A stretch of DNA of 42,113 nucleotides from a virus (Duplodnaviria > Caudoviricetes), in the IMG/VR virus record IMGVR_UViG_3300007541_000045, positions 1-42,113 of that record, one strand, 5' to 3'. Position numbers and translations under genes: made by a program. Positions 35,109-42,113 of the stretch are shown in pieces. Position 1 is the first letter of the stretch. Each line of letters starts with the position of its first letter. The notes beneath the pieces are model-generated. The model was not told where the DNA came from and searched no databases. It saw nothing but the letters and a program-made list of their open reading frames with translations.

Positions 35109-35238
35109 GGATGTGTTGAACCTTAAGGCGGTTCTCACCAGATACAGATCACCATGTCTAGATCACCACCCCTCTGATTGTTCTCACAAAAATGTGCCCC
35201 ACTATGGGGAAACTAGAACAGATACAGAAGGGGAGTCA

Positions 35239-36361
35239 TCACTTATCAGCGTATCCGAACGAACCGGCGCTGTTCTGAAGCTTAACAAGAACCTCAGCTC
35301 GGGTTGGAGCACCAGCAGCAGCGTAACTGATGTCGGTGGGAGTACCGGCAACGTTAGCCTTTCGGTTAACAACGATCTTAGCGAGTTCTGGCTTGAGAAT
35401 GCCAGTACCGCTCATCATCGAGGCGACGGTGAAGGTGGTGTTACGACGGATATCATCTTCGGTATCGACGACGAGACCAGTCTTACGAAGCGAAGCAACG
35501 CACTCTGGCATCCAGATAAGAGCACGGACGCCAGCACCGACAGTGTCCACAGCAATTGCGGTGGAAACCTGACCAGTAACATCATAACGAGCCTCACCAA
35601 TGCTAGCAGCATCGTCAGTCTTGTAATCCTTGTTGGGAATGTGGTTGCTCTTGACGATGGTGACGCCCATGTAGCGAAGTGAATCGCTGAGGGAGTTCAT
35701 GCCCTGAGTGAACGGAGCACCGAGACCACCGGCAGCAGCAACACCACCGAACATGGGCTGCATGTTAACAGCTTCGTTAGCTGCATCAGCAACACCGAGA
35801 CGACGGATTTGCTGGAAGAGACGAGGAGAAACTGCGCAGTAGGTAGGACCGACTGGAACGCTGTTCTCCTGACAGTCAACAATGAAGTCCTCAATAGTAG
35901 CGAGAACTTCAAGAGCTGCTACTTCATCATCATCAAGACCTGTGATTACACCGGGAGCTGGAAGAACAAGACCAGAGCGGGGATCCGAATTGGTCTTTGC
36001 AACTGAACCAGCACCAGCGATAAATGCACCGATCTGCTTATCGCGAGCGTTTGCGAGAGTCTGACCAGCCTGTCGTGCGAGTTCCTGACGGTACTCCCAC
36101 TGGGTGATCATAAGGTCAATGTTGTCAAGCTCGAAGTGAGCAGCCATGGGGCGTGCATCGAGAGTAATATCAAAGTTACCAGCCTTAGAATCCTGGTTGC
36201 CTAGTAGCTCTTCGCCTGCGTGCCATGCTGGCTTAAGAGTTACAGTACCAGTGATGGGGAATTCCATCGAGCGGCCAGAAGAAATGGTCTTTGAAGTGAC
36301 CATGGGCTCAAAGCTCTTGTACTCATCATAGGCGTGGAGAACTTCACCACTCCAGATAGGA
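35239..36361 (-). CDS. gp10: Major capsid protein exon 2 (spliced product 409 aa)
   Basis: PIWSGEVLHAY...TISSGRSMEFPITG, ELARQAGQTLANARDK and GTGILKPELA match T7 gp10; joins exon 1 in frame (CT|T = Leu). Confidence 0.93.
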
Positions 36362-37178
36362 CTTGCTGGAGTACCAAGTTTCGACTATATCATCCTGAGT
36401 AGCGGTACTCAGGGAACGCACTTTCGTTATAGATCATTAACTTCTTTGAGTAATCAAAACGACCTTCGTATTGAAGATCAAACTTATATCTCATAGAAGG
36501 TGGAATATAATCCATAACGGGAAGAACCGTATCAAGTAACTGCCTCATTCCTGTGGAGTTAAATGATATCATGGGATATCCTCTTTGCTGAATCTGGCGT
36601 ATGCCGGTGATTCCAAAGTTCTTGGTAAAGGAATCCATCATCTTATCAACTTCCTTTATAGTAAACGAGCATACCGCTAGGCGTCCTTGTCTACTACCGC
36701 TGGAGCTGTTGACTCGAAAGCTGCCATCATCACACCAAAGCCACGCAAGTCCAAGAGGTGTCAGCCGATCAAGCATATACATGCTCGGATACTTGACTCC
36801 AGTGGACTTCCATGCTCTATTAAAGTTCCAATGACGAGCTGTGATGTGTGTCCTCATAAAGACCTGACCACTTCCCAACGTATTGATGTTGGATACGCGG
36901 CGATCAGACTCAATGAGACATGCACGAATGGATTCTAGATATTCACGCTGTTGAGGAGCGTGCTTAATACTCATTTGGTTACGTCGAGTTTTATCAACAT
37001 AACCATCACCAAGAAAGATACCAAATAGACTGTAGTCTATCTCTTTATTACTAAACATTGTTTTACTTCCTGTAGTCTGTGGAGTTTCCGGTGCAATACC
37101 GGATTACCTGCTGATTTTCTATCGCAATGATAGTTTTCCCAGCAATTCACGTTCTTTAAATTGGCCTCCTATTATCGA
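36362..37178 (-). mobile_element. Group I intron (IA-like), 817 nt, in the major capsid gene
   Basis: 5' splice site after U in a U.G pair (UGGCU/GGCCA, P1); terminal omega-G; IGS AUAGGA pairs with 3' exon UCCUAU (P10); P AAUUGCUGGGAAA, Q AAUCAGCAGG, R ACAGACUA, S GAUAUAGUC; P3 GAACG/CGUUC; P8 CCUGAGUA/UACUCAGG. Confidence 0.93.
36390..37058 (-). CDS. Intron-encoded LAGLIDADG homing endonuclease (two-motif, LAGLIDADG_2-like), 222 aa
   Basis: LFGIFLGDGYV and LTPLGLAWLWCDDGS motifs; IPPSMRYKF tail; lies between P7 and P3'. Confidence 0.88.
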   Translation of the reverse strand: MFSNKEIDYSLFGIFLGDGYVDKTRRNQMSIKHAPQQREYLESIRACLIESDRRVSNINTLGSGQVFMRTHITARHWNFNRAWKSTGVKYPSMYMLDRLTPLGLAWLWCDDGSFRVNSSSGSRQGRLAVCSFTIKEVDKMMDSFTKNFGITGIRQIQQRGYPMISFNSTGMRQLLDTVLPVMDYIPPSMRYKFDLQYEGRFDYSKKLMIYNESAFPEYRYSG

Positions 37179-37285
37179 AGCCAGAGCTTTGCATCAGCTC
37201 CAACAGTATTGTTAGTTGCGCCATACCCTGAGCGGTATGCCATGTTAGTATCGACTAGTGAATCACCAGATGGTGTATAGCTCAT
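37179..37285 (-). CDS. gp10: Major capsid protein exon 1 (35 codons + 2 nt; not in ORF track)
   Basis: SD AAGGAG after a U-rich enhancer; MSYTPSGDSLVDTNMAYRSGYGATNNTVGADAKLW-L; the unspliced frame hits TAA TAG. Confidence 0.9.
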
Positions 37286-37445
37286 AATTAAGCTCCTTTT
37301 GAAAACATAGATAAAAATAGAAATAGAAACAATAGCACACTGTAGGTTTAACCCTATGCTACATGATTGCCCTTAGCTGACAAGGATCGTTCACACAGGC
37401 TTAAGATTCATGGAGAGAGCTAGCTCTTGCGAGGAGATCATCCAA

Positions 37446-38444
37446 TCACTTAATGTTTCGCCAATCAGTTCGTGCAGCTCGCATCTCAACGGCACGACGG
37501 AACTTGTCGTCACGCTGGAAACGAGGGTTGGACATGTCCATGCGATATTCTGCCATGGACTTATATCCGGGAAGTTGTTGAGTAGCCCCAGCAGTAGCTG
37601 GAGTTACCGCGTTCGGCTTAAGCTTTGGCTCTGCACTAGCATGAGCTTGGTCATAAGCGTCACGTAGACCTCGAAGAGTCAGCTCTGAGTTTGGACCAGC
37701 GAGTCCTGCCTGCAAGCCCTGTAGCTGCTCACCGGCAAAATTGTTCGCTGCCCAACGCAGGATCTTCGAGAGCTTTTCTCCACCACCAACAATCTCAGCG
37801 GCTGTAGTAAACGCAGCACGACGCTTAGCCTGTTGGGCAGAGAGATAATCATTTACCATTGCATCAGAGAAGCCAGTCTTTGCCTTGATCTCTTCACGAG
37901 CTTCAGGCGAAAGATCACCAGTCATGGCAATCTCCTGACCCCACTTAGAATAGTCGGCTTCCGTGACCCGAGCGGTGGGAGCTGCCTCTTCTGCTGGCTG
38001 CTCGTCCTTGACCTCGGGTACCGGAATGCGCAATTCATCGAGCATCTCTTCCGTGCTGGCGGTAGCAACCTCAGCGGGCTTGGCTTCCGGTGCAGCGGTA
38101 GGCTCGACATAATCAGGATTATCGGTGTTCTTTGCCATTTGATACTGTCGCTTGAGATCAGCAATCTCCTGCTGCGACTGAGTAAACTTGGCTTGAGCAC
38201 CCTTGAGGCTGTCGAACCAGTCGCCAGCACTCTTGAAGTTCTCAGGGATCTTCTGTCCCTGATCGGCAACGTATCGCTCGAACATAGCACGTTCATGAGC
38301 AAGCTGCCGAGTTGCTTCATCAGCTAGAGGATCGGCCTTGACTTGTTCAAGACCTGCCATAGCTTCAGTAGTCATCGAGGCATCATGGCCGGGAGTGATT
38401 GACTCCTCGACTACCTCTTCACGATAATTTTCTTCTTCACTCAT
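37446..38444 (-). CDS. gp9: Capsid assembly scaffolding protein (gp9-like)
   Basis: Acidic; IVGGGEKLSKILRWAANN; GYKSMAEYRMDMSNPRFQRDDKFRRAVEMR; between portal and capsid genes. Confidence 0.9.
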   Translation of the reverse strand: MSEEENYREEVVEESITPGHDASMTTEAMAGLEQVKADPLADEATRQLAHERAMFERYVADQGQKIPENFKSAGDWFDSLKGAQAKFTQSQQEIADLKRQYQMAKNTDNPDYVEPTAAPEAKPAEVATASTEEMLDELRIPVPEVKDEQPAEEAAPTARVTEADYSKWGQEIAMTGDLSPEAREEIKAKTGFSDAMVNDYLSAQQAKRRAAFTTAAEIVGGGEKLSKILRWAANNFAGEQLQGLQAGLAGPNSELTLRGLRDAYDQAHASAEPKLKPNAVTPATAGATQQLPGYKSMAEYRMDMSNPRFQRDDKFRRAVEMRAARTDWRNIK

Positions 38445-38464
38445 AGTGTTCTCCTTTCAATAGT

Positions 38465-38551
38465 TCAAAAGAACCAACAAACGCCACGAATGCAAGCTTC
38501 AAGAGCTGCGACAATAGCGTTCTGAACCTTTGTTAGTACCTTCTTAAGCAT
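38465..38551 (-). CDS. Small amphipathic peptide, 28 aa (not in ORF track)
   Basis: MLKKVLTKVQNAIVAALEACIRGVCWFF; SD GGAGGT and TGATG overlap with the portal stop. Confidence 0.5.
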   Translation of the reverse strand: MLKKVLTKVQNAIVAALEACIRGVCWFF

Positions 38552-40170
38552 CACATACCTCCTTGCATCATCTGCATGGCTGCACTAGTAATACCAGTCT
38601 GAGCAACCTGCCCAGCACCGGCGCCTGCACCTTGAGCTGCGCCCATTGCGATAGCTTGCTGTGCCTGCATTTCCATAGCCTTCTGCTGCATATCCATCTG
38701 CCTCTGGTCGGTTTCCTGTTCATTACGAACCCAACTACGGGGATCGAAACCAAGTGAGGAGATAAGAGCAATTCCATACTGATCCCAGCGGAAGTGCTGA
38801 ATAGCTTCAGCAGGTAGATTACGTACCATTTCACCGAGCTGCATGAGCTTGGTAAGATCACTGTCTCGGCTTAGTGCCTGAAGACCAGTAACAATGCTGA
38901 CAGAAAGCTTACCATTCTCGGTAAACTCATCTGCTAGTCGTTCGTCCATCTCGCCGTTGCGAAGCATTAGAGAGATAGTACGACGAACAATAGGATCAAG
39001 AAGTGATCGAGCGATTGCACTGAATGCACCGCCGAGAACATTCTCGATCTCCATACCAAGCATACGAACCTCGGTTGCCGTGACTCGTTCAGCAGAACGA
39101 ATACCAGCACTACCAAGGAGGAAGGCATTACCAACCTCACGACGCATCTGCTCTACAGCAGTCTGACAAGCAGAGAGCTGAGGGCTGATGGTCTGTGCAG
39201 GGGATACGGTGAATACATCACCCTGCCGAGCACCAATGAAGGATCCGGTAGGTGATTGAGCTACATCATCAATATCAGTAATACCTGCTGGGTCAATAGC
39301 AACCCAGAATGTCGAGGCTGCGGTCATGCCGTCAATCATGGCCTTGGTGTAGGCTTCAAGAGTCTCGATGTCACCGAGGATCTCTTCACAATGAGAGCGA
39401 CCGTAGTCCTCACCAGTTACCCCAATCCAACGCAATGGCATGAATGGAGTGCTGGTATACGTACCTTCGTCAACCTTATTGCCTTCAGCATCCTCGCTGT
39501 AGTAATCCCAGCGATCTTCCTTCTTGTTCCAGACCACACGACAGAAGTGTGCTTGGTAATCGGGAAGAGCATTGAGGGCATTCCACGAGGAAGGGAAGAA
39601 GTTGTTGTCATACGCTTCGTACATATCGTTGTTTGGTTCCTTCGGAACCCAGTCAAGATAAATCAACTCAACGACAGAGCCATCAATGTCTCGACGTACA
39701 ACGTACTGATCAAGACGATAGACTCGGAAGGTATAATCATCCTCCATCACAACCAAGCAGTCACCAGCAATGATTAGATGCTGAAGAGCAAGGAAGATAG
39801 ATTCACGAAGATTCTCAGTTGTCAGCTTGTTGTAGATCTGGTGAGACAATGCCTCCATGTAGGAGAAGGTCTCAGGATCTGCGGTGTTGCCGTCAGACAG
39901 CTCAAACTTAAAGAACGGTAGATCGTTCAGGGGAAGTAGAGCTGACAGCATACGGCTTGCCATGTTGGTAACACCACGAGAAGCTACCGAGCTAAAAGGC
40001 TTTGGTAGTTCGCCGTTGTTGGTGATACCATCAATTGGTAATAGAGAAGGAAGAGTAAGAGACGACATGTAGCGAGAGCGTTCAAGCTTGGAACTGCGAA
40101 CAGAATCCAAGTGCGTGAAACGCTCTGCAATAGTCGTGCTTTCAGTAGGCTTGGCTAGATTCTTTGCCAT
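38551..40170 (-). CDS. gp8: Portal (head-tail connector, gp8-like)
   Basis: SVASRGVTNMASRMLSALLP...PFFK; YVVRRD; GEDYGRS; RSAERVTATEVR; TGLQALSR. Confidence 0.96.
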   Translation of the reverse strand: MAKNLAKPTESTTIAERFTHLDSVRSSKLERSRYMSSLTLPSLLPIDGITNNGELPKPFSSVASRGVTNMASRMLSALLPLNDLPFFKFELSDGNTADPETFSYMEALSHQIYNKLTTENLRESIFLALQHLIIAGDCLVVMEDDYTFRVYRLDQYVVRRDIDGSVVELIYLDWVPKEPNNDMYEAYDNNFFPSSWNALNALPDYQAHFCRVVWNKKEDRWDYYSEDAEGNKVDEGTYTSTPFMPLRWIGVTGEDYGRSHCEEILGDIETLEAYTKAMIDGMTAASTFWVAIDPAGITDIDDVAQSPTGSFIGARQGDVFTVSPAQTISPQLSACQTAVEQMRREVGNAFLLGSAGIRSAERVTATEVRMLGMEIENVLGGAFSAIARSLLDPIVRRTISLMLRNGEMDERLADEFTENGKLSVSIVTGLQALSRDSDLTKLMQLGEMVRNLPAEAIQHFRWDQYGIALISSLGFDPRSWVRNEQETDQRQMDMQQKAMEMQAQQAIAMGAAQGAGAGAGQVAQTGITSAAMQMMQGGM

Positions 40171-40178
40171 GTGTCACC

Positions 40179-40529
40179 TCACTCTGGCCGGGTTGCGGCT
40201 TGACCGAAACCCATGCCGGATGCGAGAGCCTTTTCAAGAGCAGCGAAGTCAACCTTAAGTTCGTCTTCCTTCTGCTGTTCTTCCATAGAACGAAGTTCTA
40301 CGCCAAGAGCCTTCTGTGCCTTACTTAGATCAATCTCCTGCTGCTGAGCCTGTTGCTCCAGTAGCAGAGTCATTTCCTTATCCTTGCGTTCTAGCTCGGA
40401 CTGGAGACGAAGCTGTTCGTCAGCAGCCTTGGCTAGCATACGCTCATTCTCTAGGGCAGCCCGTTCGAGCTGAGCCTGAAGCTCACTCTGGGTAGAGCCG
40501 CCTAATAGAATTGGAGTTCCGCCACCCAT
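40179..40529 (-). CDS. Hypothetical coiled-coil virion protein (gp7.3-like position)
   Basis: Starts MGGG; Q/E-rich helix; SD AAGGA; immediately upstream of the portal. Confidence 0.6.
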   Translation of the reverse strand: MGGGTPILLGGSTQSELQAQLERAALENERMLAKAADEQLRLQSELERKDKEMTLLLEQQAQQQEIDLSKAQKALGVELRSMEEQQKEDELKVDFAALEKALASGMGFGQAATRPE

Positions 40530-40545
40530 AGGGTTGTCCTTTCAA

Positions 40546-41820
40546 TTATTGTGGTCGAGTATCAGTAAATTGGATAGCAGCACCTTGTTGAGATGTGGTA
40601 TCCCCGAATGAAGCCATAGTCTGCGAGTACTCCTTCTTCTGCTCTTCAAGCAGCTGGCGTACTCGTTGCTTTTCAGCTTCGATTTGTTGTTCTTGTTCAG
40701 CCTGTCGATTCTGTTGTCCAACATACATGTTGTATTGGGACTGAGCCATTTGCTCACGACGCTTGAACTCTGCACGAAGTGCTCCCTCATCATCAAGACG
40801 AGAGATCTTGAGGCGTTCAGTAGTAGGAGCAACGAAGCTCTCTAGAATCTGATTAATATCCTTATCAAAGAATACCGACGCCCCACTAAACTGCTTGCTT
40901 CCAGTCGAAGAATATTGACCTCCAGCGGTGGTAATATCACCCATTTCAGCAACAGCAGCAGCTTCCGCGAACTGCTGAGCATCAGTCTCAAGTGCCTTGG
41001 CTGCCTGATACTGATTCCAGTATTCCGATTGTGTTCTACCGTATGGAGCCCAGTTTGATCCAGACGAGCCATACATGACTGTACCAAGGCTTGCCTTGAA
41101 CGCTTCCTCGTCTCCGCCGAAGGGCTTGAGGAAGTCAGCAGTCGTGCCATACTTCTGCTTCGATTCAGCAAGTAGCTGAGACTTCTTCTCCTCCGTAAGT
41201 CTCTTAAACTTACTGGTGATAGCAGTTCGAGCTGCTGACTCTGGATCGTAGCCACCAGAATAAACATCCTCAAACTTCGTACCCAGCTGGAGAATCTCTC
41301 CTGTGACTGGATCTTGGAATGAGAAGTCTACGGTTGGTGCTGACGGTGCCCGGAATCTCTCAAGCTCTTGGAGGTACCGCGAGGTACCCTCCAGAGCAGT
41401 CTGTGCAAGTTGTGAGTATTGCCTCTGGCTTGAGGCAGGACTAGCAGAGGTCATACCCTGCTGACGAATAGCTCCAAGACGAGTATTGATTCCCTCAAGA
41501 CGAGACGCAAATGTCTCTGCGGCTTGTCCCTGTTGAATCATCTGAATATTAAATGCTTCTCCAGCCTTGGCAAAGCCTTCAAGCATCTTGTTTCGTTCTT
41601 GTAGCCGATCGTACTCAAAGCCCTTAGAGGCCCGGAGACCAGCCAGCTCAGTAATGGCTGGCATGTCCCCGGCAATGGTTGTATAACCACGATTACCCCA
41701 GTCACCTTCCCATCCGAAATATGCAGCACGTGTCTTTGCTGTAGATAAGTCGCTAGACGTACTCCGGAATAGAGGCTGAATCTCGCTGGTGTAAATATCC
41801 AAAAGAGGAGTGGAACTCAT
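40546..41820 (-). CDS. Hypothetical, probably virion-associated protein, 424 aa
   Basis: Long ORF with phage-like codons; SD AAGGAG; ATGA overlap; Q/E-rich coiled C-terminus. Confidence 0.7.
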   Translation of the reverse strand: MSSTPLLDIYTSEIQPLFRSTSSDLSTAKTRAAYFGWEGDWGNRGYTTIAGDMPAITELAGLRASKGFEYDRLQERNKMLEGFAKAGEAFNIQMIQQGQAAETFASRLEGINTRLGAIRQQGMTSASPASSQRQYSQLAQTALEGTSRYLQELERFRAPSAPTVDFSFQDPVTGEILQLGTKFEDVYSGGYDPESAARTAITSKFKRLTEEKKSQLLAESKQKYGTTADFLKPFGGDEEAFKASLGTVMYGSSGSNWAPYGRTQSEYWNQYQAAKALETDAQQFAEAAAVAEMGDITTAGGQYSSTGSKQFSGASVFFDKDINQILESFVAPTTERLKISRLDDEGALRAEFKRREQMAQSQYNMYVGQQNRQAEQEQQIEAEKQRVRQLLEEQKKEYSQTMASFGDTTSQQGAAIQFTDTRPQ

Positions 41821-42017
41821 AGGCCGTCTCCTTTCTTATACTTAGAAAAGATTGAATCTAATTTATCAATAGCCCAGAGTTGTCCTGCGTAAAACGCTTG
41901 CTCTCTAGCGAGATCCTCACTCGTCTGTTTCGGATCGTACTTCGGAGGTCTGAGAAGACTTCTTAGGTCCTCGATCGCTTCTTCGAGCGAGGGCATCGAG
42001 TGCTTCTTCGAGTGCAT
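41817..42017 (-). CDS. Small conserved phage protein, about 66 aa; start revised
   Basis: SD AGGAGA before ATG 42017; EQAFYAGQLWAIDKL resembles small pre-portal proteins of T7-like phages. Confidence 0.6.
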   Translation of the reverse strand: MHSKKHSMPSLEEAIEDLRSLLRPPKYDPKQTSEDLAREQAFYAGQLWAIDKLDSIFSKYKKGDGL

Positions 42018-42111
42018 TGATCTTCTCCTGTTGGGCTTCAAATAATTTGACGATATCTGCAACGACCAGCTTAATTTCGCCGCCGTTCATCTGCCCGCCA
42101 CGAGCGAGCTT
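41917..42111 (-). CDS. Partial hypothetical protein (5' end outside window)
   Basis: Open frame KLARGGQMNGGEIKLVVADIVKLFEAQQEKINALEEALDALARR...ETDE*, overlapping the next gene by about 100 nt. Confidence 0.5.
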   Translation of the reverse strand, partial: KLARGGQMNGGEIKLVVADIVKLFEAQQEKINALEEALDALARRSDRGPKKSSQTSEVRSETDE

Positions 42112-42113
42112 TG

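Noticed and set aside
35236-35260. T7 10B-like frameshift or stop readthrough at the capsid gene end
   Set aside because: Tandem TGA TGA stops, no clear slippery site and no long downstream frame before the terminator.
35239-36303. 354-aa capsid ORF as given in the track
   Set aside because: It lacks the conserved N-terminal part and an SD; the true gene is the spliced 409-aa form.
1489-41729. Numerous plus-strand and alternate-frame ORFs of 60-190 aa
   Set aside because: They are shadows of long minus-strand genes with no SD or motifs. Leu/Val richness follows from T-ending codon bias. Only the holin-embedded frame has independent support.
1-42113. CRISPR array, tRNA genes, inteins, endolysin, T7-type consensus promoters
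   Set aside because: None could be recognised by eye. The endolysin and RNA polymerase may lie outside the window.

Overview
This window is the late (virion morphogenesis, lysis and packaging) half of a divergent T7-like podophage, apparently running to the genome end (non-coding, short-repeat-rich 1-620). Essentially all real genes are on the minus strand. Transcription order: small genes, portal (gp8), scaffold (gp9), major capsid (gp10), tail tubular A/B (gp11/12), a long modular tail-fibre/adhesin block (about 19-31 kb), holin region, small basic proteins, TerS/TerL, a sulfotransferase-like gene, then the gp14/gp15/gp16-like ejection proteins. The five strongest observations: (1) the major capsid gene is split by an 817-nt group I intron whose splice sites and core can be read by eye and which encodes a LAGLIDADG endonuclease; (2) a 3494-aa gp16-like ejection protein carries a roughly 1400-aa insert with zincin, sigma-like and ADP-ribosyltransferase-like segments; (3) a lipoprotein-plus-C-terminal-TM ORF (u-spanin architecture) is overprinted on the holin gene; (4) a P-loop sulfotransferase occupies the gp13 slot; (5) a roughly 140-nt multi-stem RNA candidate sits beside paralogous, apparently swappable tail cassettes. 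All family assignments come from motif recognition by eye; no searches were run.
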